Assembly (NCBI GenBank): GCA_965657215.1
Contig: CBFHNR010000001.1
Span: forward strand, 35,146 to 99,145
Length of the DNA stretch: 64,000 bases
Reading direction: 5' to 3'
Origin: an uncultured Rhodobacteraceae bacterium
GTDB lineage: Bacteria; Pseudomonadota; Alphaproteobacteria; Rhodobacterales; Rhodobacteraceae
The notes below the pieces were generated by a model. That model was not told where the DNA came from, made no database searches, and saw only the letters and a list, made by a program, of their open reading frames with translations. This document shows positions 32,072-44,004 of the stretch, one piece after another. The first letter of the stretch is position 1. Each line of letters opens with the position of its first letter. A program made the translations under genes and the position numbers.

Positions 32072-33562
<1,491 letters not shown>

Positions 33563-33563
<1 letters not shown>

Positions 33564-34777
33564 TGGACGGCTCCAAAGGTTTCGAAGACGCCCAAACAGG
33601 CGAACAGAAAATCCGTAACTTTAACATCAACTTTGGACCTCAGCACCCTGCGGCCCATGGTGTTTTGCGGTTGGTTCTTGAGCTTGATGGCGAAATTGTT
33701 GAACGGTGCGATCCTCACATCGGATTGTTGCACCGCGGTACAGAAAAGTTGATGGAAAGCAGAACTTATCTGCAAAACCTGCCTTATTTTGACCGCTTGG
33801 ATTACGTGGCCCCAATGAACCAAGAGCATGCTTGGTGTTTGGCCATTGAAAAGCTCTGTGATGTAGAGGTGCCGCGTCGCGCATCCTTGATCCGTGTGCT
33901 GTATTCCGAAATTGGGCGCATCTTGAGCCACCTTCTTAACGTGACGACACAAGCGATGGATGTTGGCGCGTTGACGCCGCCCCTTTGGGGATTTGAGGAA
34001 CGTGAAAAGCTTATGGGCTTTTATGAACGTGCCTGTGGCGCGCGTCTTCACGCCGCTTATTTCCGCCCTGGTGGGGTTCACCAAGACCTTCCTGATGAAT
34101 TGATCGATGATATCGAAGAATGGGCCTTGGAATTCCCAGCTCGTTTGCAGGACATCGACGATCTCTTGACCGAAAACCGCATCTTTAAACAGCGTAACGC
34201 TGATATCGGGGTGGTGACGGAACAAGACATCCAAGATTATGGGTTCTCTGGTGTGATGGTGCGCGGCTCTGGCCTTGCATGGGATTTGCGTCGTGCGCAG
34301 CCTTATGAGTGCTACGACGAATTCGAGTTCCAAGTTCCTGTTGGCAAAAATGGCGATTGTTATGATCGCTACCTCTGCCGCATGGAGGAAATGCGCCAAT
34401 CTGTCAGCATCATTCGCCAAGCTGTTGTTAAATTGCGCGAGGCCACTGGCGACGTTCTTGCCCGTGGCAAGCTGACACCGCCAAAACGGTCTGACATGAA
34501 AACATCCATGGAAGCGCTGATCCACCACTTCAAACTTTATACCGAAGGCTTCCACGTGCCAGCGGGCGAAGTTTATGCGGCGGTCGAAGCCCCCAAAGGT
34601 GAGTTTGGTGTTTACCTTGTTGCGGATGGTACAAACAAACCGTATCGCGCGAAACTGCGTGCGCCTGGCTTCTTGCATTTGCAAGCCATGGATTACATTG
34701 CGTCTGGTCATCAATTGGCTGACGTTGCTGCAATTATCGGCACAATGGATGTCGTATTCGGAGAGATTGACCGCTAA
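33563..34777 (+). CDS. nuoD: NADH-quinone oxidoreductase subunit D
   Basis: 404 aa, 49-kDa subunit ([15 protein letters not shown]). TAATG overlap with nuoC. Confidence 0.97.
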
Positions 34778-35934
34778 TGCTACGCCGTCTTTACCACGAA
34801 CAGCCTGAAAGCTTTGCCTTCACCACAGCGAACCAAGCATGGGCCGAAGCGCAAATGACCAAATACCCAGAAGGTCGCCAAGCCTCTGCTGTGATCCCGC
34901 TTTTGTGGCGCGCACAGGAACAAGAGGGCTGGTTAACACGCCCTGCGATCGAAGCGGTCGCAGAGATGTTGGACATGGCCTACATCCGTGTTCTCGAAGT
35001 GGCCTCATTCTATTTTATGTTCCAACTCCGGCCTGTGGGATCGGTTGCCCATATTCAGATCTGCGGAACATTGTCTTGCATGATTTGTGGCGCCGAAGAT
35101 TTGGTTGCGGTCTGCAAGGAAAAGATTGCGCCAAAACCTCATGAGCTGTCCGCCGACGGGCGCTTTAGCTGGGAAGAGGTTGAATGCCTCGGAGCTTGTG
35201 CAAATGCACCGATGGCGCAAATTGGCAAAGATTACTTTGAAGATTTGACCGCTGACGGATTTGCCAAGATGCTTGACGATATGGCCGCAGGTAATGTGCC
35301 TGTTGCCGGCCCACAGAATGGTCGCTACGCCGCCGAACCTTTGGGTGGTTTGACCTCTTTGACCGATCATGACGCAGGCAAAGTGCAATATAACGCCAGC
35401 GCCCAATTGGCGAGCGATCTTGGCGACAGCATCAAGCGCATCGATGGGAGCGAAGTGCCGCTCTTGACGCCATGGCTCGACACGGACAAAGCAACCAAGA
35501 AAGTTGCCCCGCCCAAGGTAGAATCTGCTGCTCCGCGTAACGCCAAATCAGCGGCGCAATCGGCACCAAAGGCGGCGTCGGCTAAGGGGAAAACCCCTGT
35601 CAAAGTGGCAAAACCTGACCCAAAGGCAACAGATGATATGCCAAAGGGTAAAAAACCTCGCACAATGAAGGCACCTCGCAAGTCGGGGGCTGATGATCTA
35701 AAGATGATCAAGGGCGTTGGACCTAAGCTTGAAAACCTATTGAATACGCTAGGCTTTTTCCACTTTGATCAAGTTTCGAAATGGTCTGATGACGAGCTGG
35801 CTTGGGTTGATCAAAACCTAGAAGGCTTTAAAGGGCGTGCAAGCCGTGACGAATGGGTCGCGCAAGCAAAGATTCTTGCATCAGGCGAAATGACTGAGTT
35901 CTCATCCCGTGTTAAGAAGGGAAGCGTCTACTAA
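34777..35934 (+). CDS. nuoE: NADH-quinone oxidoreductase subunit E with a long C-terminal extension
   Basis: 2Fe-2S motifs [10 protein letters not shown] and CLGACANAP lie in the first ~165 aa. A Lys/Ala/Pro-rich linker and an ~82-aa helix-hairpin-helix-like module ([16 protein letters not shown]...) follow. Confidence 0.93.
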   Translation: MLRRLYHEQPESFAFTTANQAWAEAQMTKYPEGRQASAVIPLLWRAQEQEGWLTRPAIEAVAEMLDMAYIRVLEVASFYFMFQLRPVGSVAHIQICGTLSCMICGAEDLVAVCKEKIAPKPHELSADGRFSWEEVECLGACANAPMAQIGKDYFEDLTADGFAKMLDDMAAGNVPVAGPQNGRYAAEPLGGLTSLTDHDAGKVQYNASAQLASDLGDSIKRIDGSEVPLLTPWLDTDKATKKVAPPKVESAAPRNAKSAAQSAPKAASAKGKTPVKVAKPDPKATDDMPKGKKPRTMKAPRKSGADDLKMIKGVGPKLENLLNTLGFFHFDQVSKWSDDELAWVDQNLEGFKGRASRDEWVAQAKILASGEMTEFSSRVKKGSVY

Positions 35935-35966
35935 GACGTTTCTTTTAACATTAAGGGGGTAATTAG

Positions 35967-36971
35967 ATGAATGAACCAATGAAAAATACCAGATGTCAGT
36001 GGGGCTGTTGGGGCCTAGCTGCACTTATCGGGTTGGTTATATTTATCGTATGTTTGTCAATGATGGACATGCAGTGGCCTGGGTCACTCTTTATTGCGGC
36101 GTTATCATTTATTTTGGCTGGTTTGATTTTTACTTGGGCCTTCTGCGGAAAAAGCGAAACTGGGTCATATGATTCAGGTGCCTTTGGATCAGGAGCCTCT
36201 GTTCAAACCGGAGCGGGAACATCCAATTCTGGATCATCCGTAGCTGCGTCTTCGGCATCATCTGATGCTGTTGCAACAGGGGCATCTTCTGGTGCATCAG
36301 CAGGAGCGGCCGCAGCGGCAGCGAGTGCTACGGCGACAACGGCGTCATCTGCGGAAACAGCACAAGCTGCACGTGAGGCTGAGGTAAAGCCATCTGCGTC
36401 TCTTGCGGGACAAGATGAGCTTGCTGATCGCAAAGGTGAGTGGAAATACGATGCAAACGCATCTGAAAGCGGTGACGCCTCAGAGGCAGCTGCATCCAAA
36501 CCAGAGCCGAAAAAAGCAGAGCCGAAAAAGGCAGCAGCGAAAAAAGCGGCTCCTAAAAAGGCAGCAGCTAAGAAGGCAGATGCAAAACCAGCTGCAAAAG
36601 CCAAAACATCAAGTGCGGGTTCTGCAGATGCAGCAGCAACACCTGATTACGACAATGATGGTGTGTTTGAAGGCAAGGATGAGGGCAAACGCCCAGAGGC
36701 CTTGACTGCAGCGCGCGCAGGCGGTGCCGATGATCTTAAAAAGATCAAAGGGATTGGCCCGAAACTTGAACAGCTTTGTAACGAGCTTGGTTTTTACCAC
36801 TTTGATCAAATCGCAGGATGGTCTGCGGATGAGGTCGCTTGGGTAAATGCCAACTTGGCTGGCTTCAAAGGCCGCGTCAGCCGTGACAACTGGGTAGAAC
36901 AAGCCAAGTTGCTCGCGTCAGGTGCGGAAACTGAATTCTCTAAACGCGTCGATAAAGGCGGCGTTTACTGA
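35967..36971 (+). CDS. hypothetical membrane protein carrying a NuoE-tail-like C-terminal module
   Basis: 334 aa with GGGGG RBS. Two N-terminal TM helices, a Ser/Ala/Gly-rich then KKA-repeat low-complexity region, and a C-terminal 82 aa about 70% identical to the NuoE tail. Confidence 0.75.
   Translation: MNEPMKNTRCQWGCWGLAALIGLVIFIVCLSMMDMQWPGSLFIAALSFILAGLIFTWAFCGKSETGSYDSGAFGSGASVQTGAGTSNSGSSVAASSASSDAVATGASSGASAGAAAAAASATATTASSAETAQAAREAEVKPSASLAGQDELADRKGEWKYDANASESGDASEAAASKPEPKKAEPKKAAAKKAAPKKAAAKKADAKPAAKAKTSSAGSADAAATPDYDNDGVFEGKDEGKRPEALTAARAGGADDLKKIKGIGPKLEQLCNELGFYHFDQIAGWSADEVAWVNANLAGFKGRVSRDNWVEQAKLLASGAETEFSKRVDKGGVY
36504..36578 (+). repeat. imperfect 15-nt tandem repeat (5 units) encoding xxKKA pentapeptides
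   Basis: Units are GAGCCGAAAAAAGCA, GAGCCGAAAAAGGCA, GCAGCGAAAAAAGCG, GCTCCTAAAAAGGCA and GCAGCTAAGAAGGCA, with two more degenerate units after them. Confidence 0.8.
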
Positions 36972-36981
36972 GGGTAGAAAC

Positions 36982-37209
36982 ATGGGACACGACACAGAAG
37001 ATCAACGCTTGGAAAAACAGGGCCGTTTGGCGGCGATTGTAATTGCAGGTGCAATGATATTCTGGATCGTGGCCCAGTGGATTGGATCAAGACTTGGGAT
37101 CGATATTAGGTTCCAAGTTTTGATTGATCTCATTGCTTTGGCCGCGTTCGCATGGGCGATGGTCGTAACATTTCAAATTTGGCGGAAACGCCAAAATAAT
37201 AAAGGATGA
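36982..37209 (+). CDS. small two-TM membrane protein (DUF5337-like)
   Basis: 75 aa, [23 protein letters not shown]..., between nuoE and nuoF. The family name is from memory of Rhodobacterales nuo clusters. Confidence 0.6.
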   Translation: MGHDTEDQRLEKQGRLAAIVIAGAMIFWIVAQWIGSRLGIDIRFQVLIDLIALAAFAWAMVVTFQIWRKRQNNKG

Positions 37210-37216
37210 TCGCGAG

Positions 37217-38515
37217 ATGCTAAAGGACCAAGACCGGATCTTTACCAATATCTACGGGATGCATGAACGGACCCTAAAAGGCGCCAAGGCGCGAGGGCAT
37301 TGGGACGGCACAGCTAAGATTATCCAAAACGGTCGTGATTGGATCGTGGATCAGATGAAGGCCTCTGGCCTGCGTGGTCGTGGTGGAGCGGGTTTCCCAA
37401 CGGGTCTCAAGTGGTCCTTTATGCCGAAAGAAAGCGATGGGCGCCCGGCTTATTTGGTGATTAACGCCGATGAATCTGAGCCAGGCACCTGCAAAGACCG
37501 CGAAATCATGCGTCATGATCCGCACACCTTGATCGAGGGTGCGTTGATTGCCTCTTTCGCGATGGATGCGAATACATGTTATATCTACATTCGCGGCGAA
37601 TATATTCGCGAACGCGAAGCGCTTCAGAATGCAATTGACGAATGCTATGAGGCTGGATTGCTCGGCAAGAATGCCGCGAAATCCGGTTGGGATTTTGACC
37701 TCTATCTGCACCACGGTGCAGGTGCCTATATTTGTGGCGAAGAGACGGCGTTGATCGAAAGCCTTGAAGGTAAAAAAGGAATGCCGCGGATGAAGCCGCC
37801 GTTCCCAGCGGGTGCGGGTCTTTACGGCTGCCCCACAACAGTAAACAACGTGGAATCTATCGCCGTCGTTCCAACAATTTTGCGCCGTGGGCCAGAGTGG
37901 TTCTCAGGCTTTGGTCGCCCAAATAACGCAGGCACCAAGTTGTTCGCGGTTTCTGGTCACGTCAATCACCCTTGCGTCGTCGAAGAGGCAATGTCGATAG
38001 GGTTCGAAGAATTGATCGAAAAGCATTGCGGCGGAATTCGCGGTGGGTGGGATAACCTTTTGGCCGTCATCCCCGGTGGATCTTCTGTTCCCTGTGTGCG
38101 TGGCGAAAACATGCGCGACGCGATTATGGATTTTGACTACCTGCGCAATGATCTTGGGTCAGGTTTGGGGACCGCTGCGGTGATCGTGATGGATAAATCC
38201 ACTGACATCATCAAAGCGATCCATCGTTTGGCGAAATTCTACAAACACGAAAGCTGCGGTCAATGTACACCCTGTCGCGAAGGCACAGGCTGGATGATGC
38301 GCGTGATGGAGCGTTTGGTGAATGGTAATGCGGACCCAGAAGAAATCGATATGCTTTGGGACGTAACCAAGCAAGTTGAAGGTCATACAATCTGTGCGCT
38401 TGGGGATGCGGCTGCTTGGCCGATCCAAGGGTTGATACGCAATTTCCGCGAGGAAATCGAAGATCGGATCAAGGCACAAAAAACAGGCCGTGTATCGGCG
38501 TTTGCGGCGGAATAA
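37217..38515 (+). CDS. nuoF: NADH-quinone oxidoreductase subunit F
   Basis: 432 aa with the FMN/NADH motifs [10 protein letters not shown] and [13 protein letters not shown], and the N3 cluster motif [12 protein letters not shown]. Confidence 0.97.
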   Translation: MLKDQDRIFTNIYGMHERTLKGAKARGHWDGTAKIIQNGRDWIVDQMKASGLRGRGGAGFPTGLKWSFMPKESDGRPAYLVINADESEPGTCKDREIMRHDPHTLIEGALIASFAMDANTCYIYIRGEYIREREALQNAIDECYEAGLLGKNAAKSGWDFDLYLHHGAGAYICGEETALIESLEGKKGMPRMKPPFPAGAGLYGCPTTVNNVESIAVVPTILRRGPEWFSGFGRPNNAGTKLFAVSGHVNHPCVVEEAMSIGFEELIEKHCGGIRGGWDNLLAVIPGGSSVPCVRGENMRDAIMDFDYLRNDLGSGLGTAAVIVMDKSTDIIKAIHRLAKFYKHESCGQCTPCREGTGWMMRVMERLVNGNADPEEIDMLWDVTKQVEGHTICALGDAAAWPIQGLIRNFREEIEDRIKAQKTGRVSAFAAE

Positions 38516-38838
38516 TGATGCGGACAGCTTTGATTATAACTTGTGCCCTTGGTTTGACGGCTTGCGGTGAAGCTTGGCAAGATAACCGCGTGCCTTTTGG
38601 TGGCATTTATTGGAGCTCATCTTTGGATGTCGCCAAGGAAACGCCAGAAGATTTCAGCATCGTCGTCAAAGATGCAACCCAAGACCGAGATGCCGCCAAA
38701 GAGGCGGGTCGGTTTGAAGGCACTAAATATTGTGTCGAATTTTTTGGATCATCTGACATTGATTGGGGGCAGGGACCAGACCAGCGCCTCAACATTGTCA
38801 AAGGCGATCTTTACCTAAACGGGAGCTGCACTGGATGA
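38515..38838 (+). CDS. hypothetical lipoprotein inside the nuo operon
   Basis: 107 aa with lipobox LGLTAC. TAATG overlap with the nuoF stop. The mature part has two Cys. Confidence 0.6.
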   Translation: MMRTALIITCALGLTACGEAWQDNRVPFGGIYWSSSLDVAKETPEDFSIVVKDATQDRDAAKEAGRFEGTKYCVEFFGSSDIDWGQGPDQRLNIVKGDLYLNGSCTG

Positions 38839-38978
38839 CTAGCTTAACACTTTTTTCTGTTCTCGGCCTTGCCGCTCTTGGCGTGGCTCTTGTGGCAAAA
38901 TCCACGCCTCAGGCTCTTAAGATCCGTGTAGAAACCAAAGACGTACGCAAGTCCGTGTTGACCTCAAAAGCAAAGTGA
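38835..38978 (+). CDS. hypothetical 47-aa single-TM protein inside the nuo operon
   Basis: [23 protein letters not shown] plus a basic tail. ATGA overlap with the upstream stop. Its own stop lies 5 nt before the nuoG ATG. Confidence 0.45.
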   Translation: MTSLTLFSVLGLAALGVALVAKSTPQALKIRVETKDVRKSVLTSKAK

Positions 38979-38983
38979 ATGTG

Positions 38984-41002
38984 ATGACAGATCTCCGTAA
39001 AATCATCATTGACGACAAAGAAGTCGAAGTCGAAGGCGCAATGACCTTGATCCAAGCTTGCGAACAAGCTGGCGTCGAAGTTCCACGTTTTTGTTATCAC
39101 GAACGTCTGTCGATTGCTGGCAACTGTCGGATGTGTTTGGTCGAAGTCGTGGGCGGACCGCCCAAGCCTGCGGCCTCATGTGCGATGCAGGTGCGCGATT
39201 TGCGTCCTGGTCCAGAAGGCCAGCCGCCTGTGGTGAAAACCAACTCGCCCATGGTCAAAAAGGCCCGCGAAGGGGTGATGGAATTCCTCTTGATCAACCA
39301 CCCTCTTGATTGTCCGATTTGTGACCAAGGCGGGGAATGTGATCTTCAGGATCAAGCGATGGCCTATGGTGTCGATAGCAGCCGCTACCGCGAAGCAAAA
39401 CGCGCCAGCACCGATTTGGATCTTGGCCCTCTGGTGTCAACTACGATGACACGTTGCATTAGCTGCACACGCTGTGTGCGCTTTACAACTGAGGTCGCGG
39501 GTATCACGCAGATGGGCCAAACAGGGCGCGGCGAAGATAGCGAAATTACGTCCTATTTGGGCGAAACATTGGACAGCAACCTACAGGGCAACATTATCGA
39601 TTTGTGTCCTGTTGGGGCGCTGACGTCTAAACCCTATGCCTTTACTGCGCGTCCTTGGGAATTGAACAAGACCGAGACAATCGACGTTATGGATGCGCTC
39701 GGGTCCAACATTCGTGTGGATACGAAGGGCCGCGAAGTGATGCGGATCCTGCCACGCAACCACGATGGCGTGAACGAAGAATGGATTTCGGACAAGACAC
39801 GCTTTGTCTGGGATGGTCTGCGCCGTCAACGCTTGGACACACCCTACATCCGTGACAACGGAAAATTGCGCAAAGCGACATGGGGCGAAGCCTTGGGCGC
39901 GGCGGCAGCGGCGATGTCAGGTAAAAAGGTTGCAGGCCTTGTTGGGGATCTTGTCCCAACTGAAGCGGCTTTTGCGCTGAAGCTCATGATCGAAGGTTTG
40001 GGTGGCTCTGTTGAGTGCCGCACAGATAACGCACGTCTTCCGATTGGAAACCGCGCTGGCTATGCAGGAACAGCGAGCATTGAGGATATCGATGACGCCA
40101 AGTTCATTCAGCTAATTGGGACAAACCCACGCGATGAAGCGCCTGTTCTAAACGCGCGTATCCGCAAAGCGTGGAGCAAAGGTGCATCTGTTGGTTTGGT
40201 TGGTGAAGCTGTTGATCTAACCTATGACTATGCCCACCTTGGCACCAATCGCGCAGCTCTCGAGAGCCTAGTAAATAGCAAACATGGTGATGTCGTTGAT
40301 CAACTGTCCATAGTGATCGTTGGCCAAGGCGCGCTTCGCGAAGCGGATGGCGCGGCGGTTTTGGCCGCGGCGATGAAGCTTGCAGAAGACACACAATCCA
40401 AGCTGATGATTTTGCACACAGCCGCGTCACGCGTTGGTGCAATGGATGTTGGCGCAGTGACCGAAGGCGGTTTGACCGCGGCAATTGAGGGCGCTGGAGT
40501 TATCTATAACCTTGGCTCTGACGAAGTTGATATCGATGCTGGTGCGTTCGTGATCTATCAAGGCAGCCACGGGGATCGTGGTGCGCATCGTGCGGATATC
40601 ATTTTGCCCGCTGCGGCCTATACCGAAGAAAACGGATTGTTCGTCAATACCGAAGGTCGTCCACAATTGGCGATGCGTGCTGGGTTTGCGCCTGGTGAGG
40701 CCAAAGAAAACTGGGCGATTTTGCGAGCCTTGTCTGCTGAGCTTGGCTCTGCATTGCCCTTTGATAGCCTTGCGCAACTGCGTCAGGCGATGGTTCAAGC
40801 GGTTCCGCATTTGGCAAAGGTTGATCAAGTCATTGAAAACGAATGGAAAGCTGAAGCCACGGATAAGCTTGGCAAAGCTGAGTTTCGTAATGTGGTTTCT
40901 GATTTCTACCTCAGCAACCCAATTGCACGTGCCTCCAGCTTGATGGCTGAGCTGTCAGCAAACGCCAAGGCGCGTAGCATTGAACAGGTGGCTGCAGAAT
41001 AA
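38984..41002 (+). CDS. nuoG: NADH-quinone oxidoreductase subunit G
   Basis: Start preferred at [16 protein letters not shown] (in-frame GTG 38975 and 38981 are also possible). 2Fe-2S and 4Fe-4S Cys motifs in the N-terminal third. Confidence 0.95.
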   Translation: MTDLRKIIIDDKEVEVEGAMTLIQACEQAGVEVPRFCYHERLSIAGNCRMCLVEVVGGPPKPAASCAMQVRDLRPGPEGQPPVVKTNSPMVKKAREGVMEFLLINHPLDCPICDQGGECDLQDQAMAYGVDSSRYREAKRASTDLDLGPLVSTTMTRCISCTRCVRFTTEVAGITQMGQTGRGEDSEITSYLGETLDSNLQGNIIDLCPVGALTSKPYAFTARPWELNKTETIDVMDALGSNIRVDTKGREVMRILPRNHDGVNEEWISDKTRFVWDGLRRQRLDTPYIRDNGKLRKATWGEALGAAAAAMSGKKVAGLVGDLVPTEAAFALKLMIEGLGGSVECRTDNARLPIGNRAGYAGTASIEDIDDAKFIQLIGTNPRDEAPVLNARIRKAWSKGASVGLVGEAVDLTYDYAHLGTNRAALESLVNSKHGDVVDQLSIVIVGQGALREADGAAVLAAAMKLAEDTQSKLMILHTAASRVGAMDVGAVTEGGLTAAIEGAGVIYNLGSDEVDIDAGAFVIYQGSHGDRGAHRADIILPAAAYTEENGLFVNTEGRPQLAMRAGFAPGEAKENWAILRALSAELGSALPFDSLAQLRQAMVQAVPHLAKVDQVIENEWKAEATDKLGKAEFRNVVSDFYLSNPIARASSLMAELSANAKARSIEQVAAE

Positions 41003-41418
41003 TGAAAGCGCGCCCATTCATATTACCTTTGGCCTTAGGCGCGGCAAGCGTCGCTCAAGGCGGATGCCAAGTCTCGGACATGGCCTCAACAGAGGCACCT
41101 GCTGCAGAGCAAGTGGACTATATGGGCGTCAAGACAAGCCTTTTGGCCGATGACATGGTGCAGTTTCATGTCAAAGCCAAAGGCGGCGCAACGGGCAGCG
41201 TTGCAACGGCTTATGCAGAATGTGCGGCGGCGCAATATACACTTATCCGTGGTTACGGATTTGCGCGTCACATCCGCACGAATGTGAATAGTGTGGCAGG
41301 GGATTGGGTGGCAGATGCTGTTTATCTGATCTCTCCTGCTTTACCCCGTGGATTGAAAACGATTGACGCAGAAGTCGTCGCGGACAATTGCACGGTCAAC
41401 GGAATACCAATGGTGTGA
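41002..41418 (+). CDS. hypothetical exported protein inside the nuo operon
   Basis: 138 aa with an N-terminal signal-like segment [22 protein letters not shown] (lipobox is non-canonical). TAATG overlap with the nuoG stop. Confidence 0.55.
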   Translation: MKARPFILPLALGAASVAQGGCQVSDMASTEAPAAEQVDYMGVKTSLLADDMVQFHVKAKGGATGSVATAYAECAAAQYTLIRGYGFARHIRTNVNSVAGDWVADAVYLISPALPRGLKTIDAEVVADNCTVNGIPMV

Positions 41419-41424
41419 GGACCG

Positions 41425-42462
41425 ATGGCTGATTTCTTAACTACTCCGGGCGGAATTGCCCTGTTAATTGTGGCCCAAGTTTTGGCTGTTGTCGGGTTCG
41501 TCATGATCTCGATGCTGTTCTTGGTCTATGGCGATCGTAAAATCTGGGCGGCTGTGCAAATGCGTCGTGGTCCTAATGTGGTTGGGGCCTTTGGTCTGCT
41601 GCAAACGGTTGCTGATGCGTTGAAATACGTCGTCAAGGAAATCGTTATTCCAGCGGGCGCCGATAAAACGGTCTTTATGTTGGCGCCACTCACCAGCTTT
41701 GTTTTGGCTTTGGTGGCTTGGGCGGTTATCCCGTTCAATGACGGTTGGGTTGTCTCTGACATCAACGTGGCGATCCTCTATGTGTTCGCGGTGTCCTCTC
41801 TTGAGGTCTACGGCGTGATCATGGGCGGATGGGCGTCGAACTCAAAATATCCGTTCCTTGGCTCCTTGCGCTCTGCGGCACAGATGATTTCTTACGAAGT
41901 TTCAATCGGTTTGATCATCATCGGTGTGATCCTCTCGACTGGTTCGATGAATTTCGGCGATATCGTGAATGCGCAAGATGGCGATTACGGCTTCTTTAGC
42001 TGGTATTGGTTGCCGCATTTCCCGATGGTGTTCTTGTTCTTTATCTCGGCTTTGGCGGAAACAAACCGTCCACCATTCGATTTGCCTGAGGCGGAATCTG
42101 AATTGGTTGCGGGATATCAGGTTGAATATAGCTCAACACCGTTTTTGTTGTTCATGGCGGGTGAATATACCGCAATCTTCTTGATGTGTGCTTTGACAAC
42201 ATTGCTCTTCTTTGGAGGGTGGTTGTCCCCTATCCCTGGTCTGCCTGATGGCGTGCTTTGGATGGTTGGCAAAATGGCATTCTTCTTCTTCCTCTTCGCG
42301 ATGGTCAAGGCGATCACGCCGCGCTACCGCTATGATCAATTGATGCGCTTGGGTTGGAAAGTGTTCCTACCTATGTCCCTCGGTTGGGTCGTTTTGGTGG
42401 CATTCTTTGCGAAATTTGAACTCTTCGGCGGTGCATATGCTCGCTGGGCTATCGGAGGCTGA
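41425..42462 (+). CDS. nuoH: NADH-quinone oxidoreductase subunit H
   Basis: 345 aa, 8 TM, with the ND1 family block [20 protein letters not shown]. Confidence 0.96.
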   Translation: MADFLTTPGGIALLIVAQVLAVVGFVMISMLFLVYGDRKIWAAVQMRRGPNVVGAFGLLQTVADALKYVVKEIVIPAGADKTVFMLAPLTSFVLALVAWAVIPFNDGWVVSDINVAILYVFAVSSLEVYGVIMGGWASNSKYPFLGSLRSAAQMISYEVSIGLIIIGVILSTGSMNFGDIVNAQDGDYGFFSWYWLPHFPMVFLFFISALAETNRPPFDLPEAESELVAGYQVEYSSTPFLLFMAGEYTAIFLMCALTTLLFFGGWLSPIPGLPDGVLWMVGKMAFFFFLFAMVKAITPRYRYDQLMRLGWKVFLPMSLGWVVLVAFFAKFELFGGAYARWAIGG

Positions 42463-42463
42463 T

Positions 42464-42958
42464 ATGGCGAATATCGATTACGGACGGACGGCCAAGTATT
42501 TCCTTCTTTATGACTTTTGGGTCGGATTTAAACTGGGTCTGAAGTATTTCTTTGCGCCGAAGGCGACATTGAATTACCCGCATGAAAAGGGACCTTTGTC
42601 CCCACGGTTTCGTGGTGAGCATGCCTTGCGTCGCTATCCAAATGGCGAAGAGCGGTGCATCGCGTGTAAACTTTGCGAAGCTGTTTGCCCCGCGCAAGCC
42701 ATCACGATTGACGCAGAACCCCGCGATGACGGCAGCCGCCGCACAACGCGGTATGATATCGACATGACAAAATGCATTTACTGCGGTTTCTGCCAAGAGG
42801 CCTGCCCAGTGGATGCTATTGTCGAGGGTCCGAATTTCGAATTTTCAACGGAAACACGCGAAGAGCTGTTTTATGACAAGGCCAAGCTTTTGTCGAATGG
42901 CGATCGTTGGGAAGTTGAGATTGCACGCAACTTGGAAACGGATGCGCCCTACCGATGA
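42464..42958 (+). CDS. nuoI: NADH-quinone oxidoreductase subunit I
   Basis: Start at [12 protein letters not shown]. Two 4Fe-4S ferredoxin motifs, [12 protein letters not shown] and [12 protein letters not shown]. Confidence 0.96.
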   Translation: MANIDYGRTAKYFLLYDFWVGFKLGLKYFFAPKATLNYPHEKGPLSPRFRGEHALRRYPNGEERCIACKLCEAVCPAQAITIDAEPRDDGSRRTTRYDIDMTKCIYCGFCQEACPVDAIVEGPNFEFSTETREELFYDKAKLLSNGDRWEVEIARNLETDAPYR

Positions 42959-43362
42959 GCACGCAAAAGAACCCATTCGAAGACATGATGCGACTGGCGC
43001 AGGAGATGGTGAAAAACGCCCAACCTGCGATGGAAACATTTTCGGCGAAAGGGTTCGAAGATATGTGGCCAACGATGCCCAAGGATGTCATGGAAATGAC
43101 CTTTGGGAATGGCCTCAACAAAGAGGGTTTGGACGCCAAAACACGTCTTTTGCTGACACTTGCTGGATTGATTATGCAAGGGGCGCAAAATGAAAGCCAA
43201 ATCCGCATCACAGTCCGTCACCTCAAAGAGGCCGACGCGCGTGATCAAGAAATTATTGAAACCATCGGCCAAATGTCGATGTTTGCTGGTTTACCCGCTA
43301 TGACCCGCGCCATGGAATTGGCCAAAGAGGTTATAGAAGACAAAGAGGAAAAAGAGACATGA
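42955..43362 (+). CDS. carboxymuconolactone decarboxylase/AhpD-like family protein, cysteine-free
   Basis: 135 aa with the CMD-like block [15 protein letters not shown]...[17 protein letters not shown]. No Cys anywhere. ATGA overlaps with both the nuoI stop and the nuoJ start. Confidence 0.65.
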   Translation: MSTQKNPFEDMMRLAQEMVKNAQPAMETFSAKGFEDMWPTMPKDVMEMTFGNGLNKEGLDAKTRLLLTLAGLIMQGAQNESQIRITVRHLKEADARDQEIIETIGQMSMFAGLPAMTRAMELAKEVIEDKEEKET

Positions 43363-43967
43363 GCGTTGCAACCTTCGCGTTCTATTTGTTCGCGCTTTGC
43401 ACCATCACTGGAGGATTGTTCACAGTTGTGAGCCGTAATCCAGTGCATTCGGTGCTATGGCTGATTTTGGCTTTCCTGTCTTCGGCGGGGCTATTTGTTT
43501 TGCTTGGCGCGGAATTCGTCGCAATGCTTTTGGTCATTGTCTATGTCGGCGCAGTGGCGGTGTTGTTCCTCTTTGTTGTGATGATGTTGGATGTAGATTT
43601 CGCCGAACTCAAGGCTGAGATGTCACGCTATTTTCCATTGGCCTTGCTCATTGGCTTGGTGTTGTTGATGCAATTGGTCATGGCCTTTGGCGCTTGGACC
43701 GAAGCGGAAACAGCGATGTCTGCACGTACGGCGATTACACCAGATGGGGTTACGAACACGGCCGCCTTGGGGCTTTTGCTCTATGACAAGTATTTCTTAC
43801 TCTTCCAACTCTCAGGGTTGATCCTGTTTGTTGCGATGGTGGGGGCGATTGTTTTGACATTGCGTCATCGCAAAGACGTCAAACGCCAAAACGTGCTTCA
43901 TCAGATGTGGCGAGACCCTGCGAAGGCCATGGAACTAAAAGACGTAAAACCGGGGCAGGGGCTTTAG
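43359..43967 (+). CDS. nuoJ: NADH-quinone oxidoreductase subunit J
   Basis: 202 aa, 5 TM, ND6 family, in conserved operon position. Confidence 0.93.
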   Translation: MSVATFAFYLFALCTITGGLFTVVSRNPVHSVLWLILAFLSSAGLFVLLGAEFVAMLLVIVYVGAVAVLFLFVVMMLDVDFAELKAEMSRYFPLALLIGLVLLMQLVMAFGAWTEAETAMSARTAITPDGVTNTAALGLLLYDKYFLLFQLSGLILFVAMVGAIVLTLRHRKDVKRQNVLHQMWRDPAKAMELKDVKPGQGL

Positions 43968-44004
43968 CTCGTGCTGGAATGGAACAAGGAAACCGAGGAA
44001 TAAT

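Noticed and set aside
38515-41418. Possible paralogy between the two exported nuo-embedded proteins (38515-38838 and 41002-41418), based on similar size, two Cys each and a K/Q-Y...G segment.
   Set aside because: My hand alignments do not place the cysteines in register, and identity is near noise. Profile-profile comparison would be needed, so I do not claim it.
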